In this document: positions 9,401 through 18,482 of the stretch, in pieces
Layout: each line of letters begins with the position of its first letter
Numbering within the stretch: position 1 is the first letter of the stretch
From: a virus
Lineage: Duplodnaviria > Caudoviricetes
Direction: 5' to 3' (one strand)
IMG/VR virus record: IMGVR_UViG_3300035208_004923
Coordinates: 160,001 to 224,000 of that record
Length of the DNA: 64,000 nucleotides
Translations under genes and position numbers: made by a program
The notes under the pieces: model-generated
Told to the model about the DNA's origin: nothing
The model's database searches: none
The model's input: only the letters and a program-made list of their open reading frames with translations

Positions 9401-9637
9401 TTATTTGCTTAAATCTGTTGATACTTTGTTTTGTTTTACTTTTGGAATGAATTCTTCATTCACATGGCCACATTTTGTGCATTGTAATACAGGAATCGGA
9501 AATACTTGGTCTTTATCTGCACCTAGCATAAATTTCGATACTTTTTTTATCATTACCACTTCATTAAAAAATGGATTTTGACATTCATTACAAACAATGT
9601 CTATCGCCTGCGATAAATCAATTTGAGGTTGTTGCAT
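9401..9637 (-). CDS. Small zinc-ribbon protein
   Basis: CNEC...CTKC pairs. Start at ATG 9637 avoids overlap with dut. Confidence 0.7.
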   Translation of the reverse strand: MQQPQIDLSQAIDIVCNECQNPFFNEVVMIKKVSKFMLGADKDQVFPIPVLQCTKCGHVNEEFIPKVKQNKVSTDLSK

Positions 9638-9641
9638 AATA

Positions 9642-10181
9642 TTACTGTTTATTTGTTGAACCGAATCCGCCAGTTCCACGCTCTGTTATTTCTGTAAAAA
9701 GATCTTGTTCTGTTGTTTCTTCAATGTCTGAATAATCAACATGCACTTCAAGGAATTGAATTAATTTCTCATTCTCGCAAATTTCAACAATGAAGTTTGA
9801 TGTATTTACGATACTTAAGTGCATTTCGCCTTGGTAATCTTCATCAATTACTTCAGCTAATCTGTCAAGACCTTTCTTTACGCCAATGCCTGATTTGTTA
9901 TGAGCGTTTAATGCGATTTGTTCGTGACCGCGGATTTTGATTCCTGATGGTATCATCAGTCTTTCGTGTGGGGCAAGCAATATTTTTTTTGCTTGTTCGT
10001 CAATGTAGTAGGAATAATTTCCAGGACGGAGTTGGGAGTAATTTGGATTTTTGGCAATAAGGTCGAATAAGAATTGGTCATTAAACTCTGGCATGAAAAA
10101 ATCAATTCCTGCTGAACGAGATGTGCCTCTTTCTGGTTGTTTTACAGCACGTGTTCTTGCGTAGAATAATTTTTTTTGCAT
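9642..10181 (-). CDS. dut: dUTPase (trimeric type)
   Basis: SAGIDF, KSG, VIDEDYQGE, LIQF and RGTGGFGST motifs. Confidence 0.93.
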   Translation of the reverse strand: MQKKLFYARTRAVKQPERGTSRSAGIDFFMPEFNDQFLFDLIAKNPNYSQLRPGNYSYYIDEQAKKILLAPHERLMIPSGIKIRGHEQIALNAHNKSGIGVKKGLDRLAEVIDEDYQGEMHLSIVNTSNFIVEICENEKLIQFLEVHVDYSDIEETTEQDLFTEITERGTGGFGSTNKQ

Positions 10182-10223
10182 ATTAGAATTTTGTGTTTTA
10201 GTTACTTGTTTGTTAATTTAAAA

Positions 10224-10249
10224 TTATATACATTAAAGTTCCATAGTTT
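10224..10249 (-). promoter_or_regulatory. Bipartite promoter AAACTA-N11-TGTATATAA upstream of dut
   Basis: One of six copies with identical spacing. Confidence 0.6.
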
Positions 10250-10258
10250 TAAATAACC

Positions 10259-10281
10259 AAAGGTTGCTTGGGACAACCTTT
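10259..10281 (-). terminator. Hairpin, possible terminator
   Basis: AAAGGTTG-cttggga-CAACCTTT just downstream of the 293 aa gene. Confidence 0.4.
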
Positions 10282-10301
10282 AGTATATTTTAATGGGTTT
10301 T

Positions 10302-11183
10302 TTATAAACGTGTTCCGCAGTTAGAACAGAATTTTGCAGTTGCTTTTGAAGATTTTGTTCCACATTCTGTACAATAAACTCGATGATTTACATCAGAAGA
10401 ATCACTATGTTTTTGGCTTTCAGGTAACAATTGTAAAGAAATTGCATGTATGCAAATATCAGAAAATTCTTTATCAACATACACTAAATTTTGACTTGAC
10501 GCAGAACCTTTTTCAACTCTTCCTGTTTCAATATCTAGTGATTTTTTAGAACGAATACGTTGTCCATTATCTGTACTACCTTTGAATGATTTTGTGTTGC
10601 TTTCATCAGAAAATTCCATATTAAAGTCATGCATAGATGTGTATGACATTGATGCAGCAGAATTACTTGTTAATGTCGTATTGCATGTAGAACCTGATGA
10701 AATAGTAGTTGTACCGAATGATGGTGCGCCAGTGTTTTGTGAATAGTAAATTCCTGGGTTAAAAATTGTTGGTGAACCTACGTACGTTGGCTGATTTATA
10801 GTTCGCCAAATTTCAGGCTGAAGTTTTTCTTCGTAGAACTTAATATCAACATTGCCATTTTTCATAATTGCATTTGCAACTTCAGCAGAATTACCTGAAA
10901 CATTATATGTGCTAAATAAAAATTTTCGATTTTCATTTAAATAACGTTCAAGAAAAACACGTTCGCCTGGTCTAAGAATTAATCCACCACCTTGTAAAGT
11001 AGTTCCATTAATACTGATAATTGATAAAATGTTTTTTTGTGTCGGGTTGAATAACTCGATTTGGAATGTTTGTCTATCCTTAAGATAAACTTTGTTATCG
11101 TAAGATTTTAAACGATTTTTGTTTACTGCAATGTATGCAGACGGTTTGCTAGGCGTGTGAGCCCATTGATTTGAATGTAACAT
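10302..11183 (-). CDS. Hypothetical protein with a C-terminal double zinc ribbon
   Basis: CTECG...CSNCG at the C-terminus, a beta-rich N-terminal domain and an S/T-rich linker. Confidence 0.7.
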   Translation of the reverse strand: MLHSNQWAHTPSKPSAYIAVNKNRLKSYDNKVYLKDRQTFQIELFNPTQKNILSIISINGTTLQGGGLILRPGERVFLERYLNENRKFLFSTYNVSGNSAEVANAIMKNGNVDIKFYEEKLQPEIWRTINQPTYVGSPTIFNPGIYYSQNTGAPSFGTTTISSGSTCNTTLTSNSAASMSYTSMHDFNMEFSDESNTKSFKGSTDNGQRIRSKKSLDIETGRVEKGSASSQNLVYVDKEFSDICIHAISLQLLPESQKHSDSSDVNHRVYCTECGTKSSKATAKFCSNCGTRL

Positions 11184-11188
11184 AAATA

Positions 11189-11300
11189 TAACTTTATTTT
11201 ATGCAGTTACTAATCATTTCGTTACCCCAAGAATAACTCAAATGCCACAAGGACACATGACCAATAAACAGCTGTTTGTTTTAACGTATCAATAAAGTTA
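11189..11300 (-). ncRNA. Candidate structured 5' leader (multi-stem junction)
   Basis: 10-bp outer stem TAACTTTATT/AATAAAGTTA, inner stem TTGGTCAT/ATGATTAG, and two enclosed hairpins. Confidence 0.45.
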
Positions 11301-11327
11301 ATTACCTTAATAGGTTATTCAATTGTA

Positions 11328-11355
11328 TTATATATTCAGAACTATTAAATAGTTT
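11328..11355 (-). promoter_or_regulatory. Promoter matching both the bipartite AAACTA class and the GAATATATAA class
   Basis: Minus strand reads AAACTATTTAATAGTTCTGAATATATAA. Confidence 0.6.
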
Positions 11356-11371
11356 CAGATTTCTTATCTTT

Positions 11372-11746
11372 TTACATCAAATTACTTGTTCCGCCTTGAT
11401 ATGTTCCAGTGCTTACACGTATTAATGTATCAATATGTAATTCTTTGTAATAATCGCTATACCCTAAATTTGCATCAGTATTTTTGTAACGTTCAATAAT
11501 TGGAACAAATGCAAATATTCTGTTACTGCTGAGTCCTAAACCAATAAAATATCTGCCGTATTCTTGCCATACTGTAATTTCTCTAGTTTTCCAGCCAAGT
11601 CCTTGTATAAATTGAATTTCTTCTACAAGAGCAGGCGGTAAATCTTTTAATTTCAAATCTTTCTTTGTGCTTTCATCTCTTAATTGCAAAACAAGTTTGC
11701 TTTCGTTCAACGAAAATTCTTCTAATGTTGGTATTCTTTGTTTCAT
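11372..11746 (-). CDS. Hypothetical protein with the RIPTLxEF leader (putative head-packaged protein)
   Basis: ATG at 11746 gives MKQRIPTLEEFSLNES. Confidence 0.7.
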   Translation of the reverse strand: MKQRIPTLEEFSLNESKLVLQLRDESTKKDLKLKDLPPALVEEIQFIQGLGWKTREITVWQEYGRYFIGLGLSSNRIFAFVPIIERYKNTDANLGYSDYYKELHIDTLIRVSTGTYQGGTSNLM

Positions 11747-11753
11747 ACTTAAT

Positions 11754-12116
11754 TTAATTTTTTCCAAATTTATTTGCGCCGATGAATTTTGCGTGAAAGT
11801 CAAGACTGCTTATTGCATTATCCAATTTTGATTGTACGCCTGGGTTATCTTTGACATGAATGATTGCTCTTGTCATTGAACCAGTTTCACCAAATTCTTG
11901 TTCAACTCTACAGTCAGTATCATTATCATCTGTGAATGCTGTATCTAATGCTTGTTGCAATTTTATAAAATTGCCATTACCAACAGCAACAGGAAATTCT
12001 AATGTTATAACAATTTCGGTAAAAGTCTTTTGCGAGCCAGCCGACGGTGTCGGTATGGCTTTCGCAAGTACTTCTTGTTCTATGTATTCGTTAAGTGTTA
12101 GTAAACGCTTTTGCAT
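11754..12116 (-). CDS. Hypothetical protein with the leader motif
   Basis: ATG at 12116 gives MQKRLLTLNEYIEQE. Confidence 0.7.
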   Translation of the reverse strand: MQKRLLTLNEYIEQEVLAKAIPTPSAGSQKTFTEIVITLEFPVAVGNGNFIKLQQALDTAFTDDNDTDCRVEQEFGETGSMTRAIIHVKDNPGVQSKLDNAISSLDFHAKFIGANKFGKN

Positions 12117-12117
12117 A

Positions 12118-14511
12118 TTACGATTCTTGTAAACTATTTTTGATGAAATCATCTAAAGTATATAAACGTTTCATATTGAAACGACTAGCACCAGATCTGT
12201 TTAAACCTGCGTTTGCTGGTAATTGGTCGTCATCAAATTTATCACCTGAACCTGTTAAACCTGGGCCTGGTAAATATACATTGCCCATTCCTGGTACATT
12301 CGACACAGTTGATGCATCAGTTTCATTTATTTTTGTTTCGATTTTAATAGTAGATACGCCAGTTTCAAATTCAACCAAATATGCGCCTTCAGATACCGAT
12401 AAAATAGTTCCTATTCCATTAGGAAATTTGTATTTTTCGCCAAGTTCCATAATGTCTGACATCTCAGCAACAGATTCATTTGATTTATCACCGTCACCTT
12501 TTTCTCCTTCTTTCTCAACAGATAATAATTCGATATATGATTTAAGGTCGTCAAAACTGATTTCCCATTCTTTTGATAATCTTGTTATTTCTTCATCACC
12601 AATGGTAACAGCTCCAGCATCAGCAATTAATTGTTTTAATTCTGCTTTTTGTTCGTCAGTTAATAACTTTTTATCATCGTCTTCCTTAGGTTCTTCCTTA
12701 GGTTCTTCCTTAGGTTCTTCCTTAGGTTCTTCCTTAGGTTCTTCCTTAGGTTCTTCCTTAGGTTCTTCCTTAGGTTCTTCCTTAGGTTCTTCAACTTTTG
12801 GTGCGTCAGCAGTTGGCGTTGGTTTAACTTCTTCATCTTTAACTGTTGATTCTGCTGGTTTTGCAGGTTCTTCAACAGGTTTTGCAGGTTCAGCTGCAGG
12901 TTTAGCTTTAGGTTCAACACCTAACAATTCTTTTGCAAGTTTTATTGCATCTTCTTCATCAGATAAACCGTCAGCAACTAATTTTGAATAATATTTAGGA
13001 TCTTCCCATAAATGATCTCGTGCAATTTCTGCAGCTTTCTTAATGTCATCAGTATGTTCGATTTCAACTTTTTTACCTACTTCTAATTCTTTGAATATGC
13101 CATCTTCTGAAACGCTATGTTTGTTTGCAATATCGGCAATTGATTTTCTATCAGATACACCGCCTGGGATTTGGTCAGGTTCACCTGTTTTTGGTTTTGC
13201 AACATCTGCATTGGCAGGATCTGTATCATCAACTTTAACATCAGGTGCTTTAGTCCCAGTGTCATCAGTATTTATTGGTTCTACAGATTTATCAGCTTTA
13301 GTTTCGTCATCAGTTTTAGGAACAGTTTTGTCGTCAGCATCAGGCGCAGGTGCTTTATCAGCATCAGTTCCTTCAACATCGGTATTTGTATCGACCGGTT
13401 TTTCAGCGGCAGGTTCACCATCTACAGGTTTTTCTGTTGACGTATCACCTGTATTATCAGTAGCAGTTTGGTCAGAACCAGCAGGATCTAAACCAGGCAC
13501 TTTAATATCTGATGTTGTTTCTCCATCTGTACCAGCAGCAGGTTGTTCAGCTGTTGTATCAATTGATGTAGGTTCAGATTCAGCAGCTGCTTTGAAAAAT
13601 TCAGCACCCCAGTTATCAGGTTTAGCTTTTGTATAAAATTCTGAATCTCGTTTTAAATTTCCAATAACAATTCTTAATGTTTGAATAGGGTCGTTGCCAG
13701 TAACATCGGCATCTTCGCCTGCAGCAGAACCATTTGCAAGTAATACAACTTCCATACCAATTTTTAATTGGTCCATGTTATATGCAGCAACATCAATTCC
13801 TTGTTGTTTTGCAATTGCTTTAATTAACGAATCTGAATAATCTTCTAATAAAATTTCTTCTAATGAAACATTTTCATTAATTGTTGTTCTGTTTAATACG
13901 CGTACCCCAAAAGCAGATAATTCAAAGAATTTTTGTTTTGTTTCTTTGTCTTCTGTTACTTTGAATAAATGCGCGTTTTGTCGAACCCAAGCAAAAGTTG
14001 TTTTTCTGCCAGATTCTTCATTCATTTGTTTTATATATGCTATAAAAGCAGATCTTTCAATTTTACCAGATTCTGCGATATGCGCTAATACTTTATTTCT
14101 AACAGGTGTTGCAATTTGTGCAGTTTTTGCAGGATGCAAGTCTGTGTATTTTCTTTTTACTGTTGCTAATGCACCTTCTCCAATAATGTCGATATATACA
14201 TCCTCTGTTGCTGAAGATTCTGCAAGAACTTTATTACCAAGTTCATTTAAAGATACAAAGTAATTTTGTCCATTTTTTGTACGTTGGAAATATTTGCTAT
14301 TTTCGTAAACCCAACCCAATGGAGTATTCGTTGTTGTTTCGCTCAAGCCATTAATGAATATTGATAATGTACTTTCAGCAATACTTCCGCATTTTTTTAC
14401 GTATGCAAGAATTGCGTTGGCATTCGATGTAATCAATTCCGATGGTCGAGTAAATTCTTTTCTCTCTACGTCAACTGATTCATTTAAACGTGATGTCTTT
14501 TTAAAGTTCAT
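12118..14511 (-). CDS. Large acidic low-complexity protein with DUF5661-like domain(s); putative head/core protein
   Basis: GKKVEIEHT...IARDHLWEDPKYYSKL motif plus a degenerate second copy, duplicated N-terminal domain, long D/E/P/K/A/T linkers and EEPK repeats. Confidence 0.7.
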   Translation of the reverse strand: MNFKKTSRLNESVDVERKEFTRPSELITSNANAILAYVKKCGSIAESTLSIFINGLSETTTNTPLGWVYENSKYFQRTKNGQNYFVSLNELGNKVLAESSATEDVYIDIIGEGALATVKRKYTDLHPAKTAQIATPVRNKVLAHIAESGKIERSAFIAYIKQMNEESGRKTTFAWVRQNAHLFKVTEDKETKQKFFELSAFGVRVLNRTTINENVSLEEILLEDYSDSLIKAIAKQQGIDVAAYNMDQLKIGMEVVLLANGSAAGEDADVTGNDPIQTLRIVIGNLKRDSEFYTKAKPDNWGAEFFKAAAESEPTSIDTTAEQPAAGTDGETTSDIKVPGLDPAGSDQTATDNTGDTSTEKPVDGEPAAEKPVDTNTDVEGTDADKAPAPDADDKTVPKTDDETKADKSVEPINTDDTGTKAPDVKVDDTDPANADVAKPKTGEPDQIPGGVSDRKSIADIANKHSVSEDGIFKELEVGKKVEIEHTDDIKKAAEIARDHLWEDPKYYSKLVADGLSDEEDAIKLAKELLGVEPKAKPAAEPAKPVEEPAKPAESTVKDEEVKPTPTADAPKVEEPKEEPKEEPKEEPKEEPKEEPKEEPKEEPKEEPKEDDDKKLLTDEQKAELKQLIADAGAVTIGDEEITRLSKEWEISFDDLKSYIELLSVEKEGEKGDGDKSNESVAEMSDIMELGEKYKFPNGIGTILSVSEGAYLVEFETGVSTIKIETKINETDASTVSNVPGMGNVYLPGPGLTGSGDKFDDDQLPANAGLNRSGASRFNMKRLYTLDDFIKNSLQES
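12680..12792. repeat. Perfect 12-bp tandem repeat (about 9.4 units) encoding (EEPK)9
   Basis: TCTTCCTTAGGT repeated without mismatch. Confidence 0.95.
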
Positions 14512-14547
14512 GTGTATAATCTTATTTTTGTATTTATTTATATATTC

Positions 14548-15645
14548 TTATTTATTTCTAAACTTTGTAAATTGATTAAAGTCAAAAATGTTATCTTTTG
14601 TAAGAATATAGTCTTGTATTTGTTTTACTAACTTATTATGTTTTTCGATAAACTCTGCATTTAACAATCCTCGTTCAAAAAGAGGCTTATTAAATATCGT
14701 TAAAAATATTCTTAAAAGATATTCATATCTTTCATCTTTCAAATATTTTTTAGTTTTTTGATTCGATATGTATCGTATCCCAAGCGAACCTGTTGAACTT
14801 ATGAATGCTGGTGGATTAATTAGCATTGTTTCAATTGAATCACCAGATTCTTCTATAAAACGATTAAATGCTTCGCATATAAAATTTGCAAATTTCATAT
14901 CTTTGTTTTTTGCGTCAACGTGTATGTCTGTAAAATCTAATTGCGATACAAAATCCGATAGTTCCATTATAAGCATTTCATAACCAGATGTATTTACCTT
15001 TGGAAATACCTTACGTTCAAATCTGTTGTCTTCTAATTTATAAAGTTTATCATTTATTTTGAAAATGTATCCTTCTATTAAATCGGATTTATTTAATGAC
15101 ATACTTGTTGCGTTATCACCAAATAAATTGTGCATTATCTCAGGTAGAATGCCTCCATTCTCAATGTAATTGACAATATCTTTAATGTGTTTTCGTTTCA
15201 TTAGCTTGCCTTCAAATACCACTGGCTGACATGCTACATTCAATTGTTTCGCAACAACTTCCAATGAATCATTTACCTTTGTTTTTGATTTCGGAAAACT
15301 CATATCTGTTAGCAATAACATACTTTCAGGTTTCTTTGTGTATATTACATCTAAATCATGGCCTACAAAATAAAAATTGAACGTTCCTTGTGGAATGTTT
15401 TCTTTGTTTGCAATTAAATGCGTTATGAAATCTTCATACAGGTCAGATAATATTCTGTCGTATGTTTTGATGGGTTCAGACTTTTTCTTTGCATAAAATT
15501 CAACGTTGTTAAGTCTGTCTTTTAAAATAGATACACGATGTGCATTTATTTTTTCTGTTATACTTACTTTACTTTCTGTAAGTAATTCAATTAATTTTTC
15601 TTTGCCATTTTGTTGCAAATAATCGGATAGTGTTTCTACGCCCAT
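14548..15645 (-). CDS. Hypothetical protein with a degenerate RNA-ligase-like nucleotidyltransferase fold
   Basis: ITEKINA (KxDG-like motif I), IEGYIFK (motif IV) and LYKL (motif V). Confidence 0.55.
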   Translation of the reverse strand: MGVETLSDYLQQNGKEKLIELLTESKVSITEKINAHRVSILKDRLNNVEFYAKKKSEPIKTYDRILSDLYEDFITHLIANKENIPQGTFNFYFVGHDLDVIYTKKPESMLLLTDMSFPKSKTKVNDSLEVVAKQLNVACQPVVFEGKLMKRKHIKDIVNYIENGGILPEIMHNLFGDNATSMSLNKSDLIEGYIFKINDKLYKLEDNRFERKVFPKVNTSGYEMLIMELSDFVSQLDFTDIHVDAKNKDMKFANFICEAFNRFIEESGDSIETMLINPPAFISSTGSLGIRYISNQKTKKYLKDERYEYLLRIFLTIFNKPLFERGLLNAEFIEKHNKLVKQIQDYILTKDNIFDFNQFTKFRNK

Positions 15646-15669
15646 AATGTTTGTTCTCTGTTTAAAATA

Positions 15670-15688
15670 AATATATAATTATATATTC
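15670..15688. promoter_or_regulatory. Palindromic pair of putative late promoters between divergent genes
   Basis: 18-bp perfect palindrome AATATATAATTATATATT at 15670-15687. Confidence 0.55.
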
Positions 15689-15697
15689 TAATAAAAA

Positions 15698-16042
15698 ATG
15701 AGCGAAATAAGCATTAAAGATTGGGCAAATTACAAAGAAGGTAGTGATGCGGAAGCAAACTACTATTTGTTATTAGCAGTATTAAAAAAAGTTAGTACTG
15801 TTTCTGTTGAAAATAAATCGTTAGGAATTTCGATTTTAAAAGATATGATGGGTGATTTAGAAATGGCACATCTTGAATATTTTGAAGATCCCAATAGATT
15901 AAAACATTTGCTTTTAGGCAAATATGTTGTAAGCTTATTTTATATGAATCTTAAGCACAAGGATAAAATTTTGCCACTTGATGTAATGGCACAAAAGAAA
16001 ATATGGAAGAAAATAAAAATAGAAAGCACCACTGCCGTCTAA
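15698..16042 (+). CDS. Hypothetical protein (the only credible plus-strand gene)
   Basis: Fills a gap with no minus-strand gene, has an A-rich start context, and is flanked by a promoter-like motif and a hairpin. Confidence 0.7.
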   Translation: MSEISIKDWANYKEGSDAEANYYLLLAVLKKVSTVSVENKSLGISILKDMMGDLEMAHLEYFEDPNRLKHLLLGKYVVSLFYMNLKHKDKILPLDVMAQKKIWKKIKIESTTAV

Positions 16043-16076
16043 TCCCACCCTGTTGTTCGTGTCCAGCGTAATAGAC

Positions 16077-16102
16077 AAAAGCCCTCTTAAACAGTGGGCT
16101 TT
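16077..16102. terminator. Bidirectional terminator between convergent genes
   Basis: AAAAGCCC-N11-GGGCTTT. Confidence 0.55.
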
Positions 16103-16109
16103 CTTACTT

Positions 16110-16445
16110 TTATCTTGTTTTTCCTTTTTGAATAACATCTGCAAAAACAGAATCTTCAGTTTTGAACAAATTCTTCAAATTATAAGTTTTTCGTAATTTT
16201 TCGATATCATCGAATGACGTTATCTTATGTGCAGTTACAATGTGCGGTCCGCTACTTGTACGTGCATCTTTATTTGCATCATCTTTATCTTCCCATACGT
16301 ATGCGTATTTTCTGTCTTGGTCATTCGTATAGTAATGCATAGTTATATAAATTGGATAATGCGGTTCAGTTTTTATGCCAAGAGTGTATTCATATATTGA
16401 ATTTTCTTTTATATAGTCGTCTAGACTAGGTATTCTTCGGTTCAT
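16110..16445 (-). CDS. Hypothetical protein with the leader motif
   Basis: Begins MNRRIPSLDDYIKENS. Confidence 0.7.
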   Translation of the reverse strand: MNRRIPSLDDYIKENSIYEYTLGIKTEPHYPIYITMHYYTNDQDRKYAYVWEDKDDANKDARTSSGPHIVTAHKITSFDDIEKLRKTYNLKNLFKTEDSVFADVIQKGKTR

Positions 16446-16451
16446 AATAAT

Positions 16452-18410
16452 TTAAAATTTTAATGCAGAAATTATTTGGTGTATAGGTGCAAATGCGCCT
16501 GTTAATTTGAACAATCTTCCACCATAATTGAAACAAATGCCTTCAGATGGAAATATTGCATCGATGCCACCTGCATTTTCCAATGATTGTAAATGAATTT
16601 TCAATTTTGCTAAAGCGCCTTCATCGCCTGATTTATTTATATCGTCTATTGCTTTATTAAAGTCAGCTTTTAATTGATTAAGTGATGCATCAGGATTTGG
16701 CGCAAGTATTGTTTGTAAACTTTTAATTATTGCAACACCTACTTGTACAAAAATTGTTCCAACGATTCTTTTTATTTCGCCACCTATTTTTGCGGCGTCC
16801 TTTGCTTCAAAATCTTTGGCCCATGCTAATGTTTTTTCATCAGGAATGTTATCTTTGTTTATTCTAAATGATTTGTCATCAGTTAGCCATCGGCCAATCA
16901 AACCTGCCAATTGAACATCTGTTAATGAATAACCCATTTTTAATATTCTATCTTTCCATTCAGCAGTATAAAAATCTAAGAACGTGTTATTATCTTTAAA
17001 ATTCCATTTTGCTTTTATTTCATCAACCTTTGCATTGAAATACGTTTTTTCTTTATCAAAATTTACGCCATCTTTTAATTTAACATAAGGCGAGCCTTGT
17101 ATTTTAAATGTTTTTTCGATATCTTTATTAATATCTGCTATCATTTTTGCAAGCTTATCTGCCGCTGCACGATCTTGTGATAATGGATTGCCGGCTGTAT
17201 CATATTCAGTCACGTTATGAAATACCATTAAGTTTGTATTGTACGGTACCGTAATCATTGCAGGCGAATAGATTACTTCAAGATGCATGAAGCATTTTCC
17301 ATTTTTAAATATACTTTCAAGATCTTTTTTGTTAAGATCTTTTATTGCATCTTCAAGATCATCGAATGCAAGGTTATATGCATCAGCAATAGGTCCTCTA
17401 CCTGCAAATTTTGCCATTAACGCATTTTTATCAACTGCGTTTTCACCAAAATTCTTATATTCACCTTTATTTCTTGCTGTAACAATTTTTCCATCTTTGT
17501 AACTAATTGCAATTGTAACGCCATCAGTTTTTTCAACGGTATTCTCTAATTTGCCTGAAAGTCCAAGATTTATAATTTCTTTCATTTGTCCAAATGTAAT
17601 TGTCAAATCATCATAAACATGTTCAAGATGACCGAATGCGCCGCCTTCATCAATTCCTGCAAAACCTTTAAATGCATTTGGACCCATAAACATTCCATCC
17701 AAGTCTTTCCATCCATTCGGATAATATTCCGCGTAATCTTTACAAACGGCAGGATGCGTTTCATTAGATTCTTTTATTGAATTTAATTTAGTATTCAATA
17801 AATTAAAAATGCCTGCATCTAGTTTCTTGTATATTTTTTTAAAGAAATTTTCTTTATCTTTTATTGCGTGGCTATTATCTCTGAAATAGTTGCGTACTTC
17901 TGTTGCACTCATGTTAACAGATGGCGAATTTTCTTGTACATAGATATATCCTTTTGTTTCATATCCATCAAGTTCAACATTGTCATTGTATATGTCAAAG
18001 TATTTTCCTCTTGTTAATCGTTCAGCATCTTTACCACCAAGAACAGTAATCAATGCAGTATCTTTTGTAAACATTGTAAGCAATTCGGTAGGTGCATAAG
18101 TATTTTTTACTTTAACAATTTTTGATGGCGGTATTTTAAACATTTTTGTCATTATCAATTTTTTCTCATCAAAAGACAAGAAATGATTATCGTCATACGC
18201 TGCCTTGCCTACTTCAGATTGATTAAGATCTCCGGTTGTTATGTATACATTTTCTTTGCCAAATTTTGCAACTAATTGTTCATATATATCGAAATGCCCG
18301 ATATGAAAAGGCTGAAATTTGCCACTGTAACTAACAACAAAATTTCCATTTTTATTTGTTTCATTAATAAATTGTTCCAGCGTTTTAAGTTTGCTTATTT
18401 CTATTTTCAT
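16452..18410 (-). CDS. Fusion of a HIGH-family nucleotidyltransferase and a ligase-fold (DUF6267-like) domain
   Basis: GKFQPFHIGH and MSATEVR in the N-half; GHLEHVYDD, VEKTDG, SEGICF and FKLTG in the C-half. Leader KLKTLEQFINE. Confidence 0.75.
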   Translation of the reverse strand: MKIEISKLKTLEQFINETNKNGNFVVSYSGKFQPFHIGHFDIYEQLVAKFGKENVYITTGDLNQSEVGKAAYDDNHFLSFDEKKLIMTKMFKIPPSKIVKVKNTYAPTELLTMFTKDTALITVLGGKDAERLTRGKYFDIYNDNVELDGYETKGYIYVQENSPSVNMSATEVRNYFRDNSHAIKDKENFFKKIYKKLDAGIFNLLNTKLNSIKESNETHPAVCKDYAEYYPNGWKDLDGMFMGPNAFKGFAGIDEGGAFGHLEHVYDDLTITFGQMKEIINLGLSGKLENTVEKTDGVTIAISYKDGKIVTARNKGEYKNFGENAVDKNALMAKFAGRGPIADAYNLAFDDLEDAIKDLNKKDLESIFKNGKCFMHLEVIYSPAMITVPYNTNLMVFHNVTEYDTAGNPLSQDRAAADKLAKMIADINKDIEKTFKIQGSPYVKLKDGVNFDKEKTYFNAKVDEIKAKWNFKDNNTFLDFYTAEWKDRILKMGYSLTDVQLAGLIGRWLTDDKSFRINKDNIPDEKTLAWAKDFEAKDAAKIGGEIKRIVGTIFVQVGVAIIKSLQTILAPNPDASLNQLKADFNKAIDDINKSGDEGALAKLKIHLQSLENAGGIDAIFPSEGICFNYGGRLFKLTGAFAPIHQIISALKF

Positions 18411-18482
18411 TTTATTGAATTATATTATGTGGATAATTAGATTCTGACATACTTGAAAATCTTCTAATTCTCATATTTTCTA

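Noticed and set aside
11210-11264. Hammerhead ribozyme
   Set aside because: The junction topology and GAAA are similar, but the CUGANGA core and the cleavage-site nucleotide are missing.
12680-12792. Repeat array as a possible CRISPR
   Set aside because: Contiguous 12-bp units with no spacers, in frame within a CDS (EEPK).
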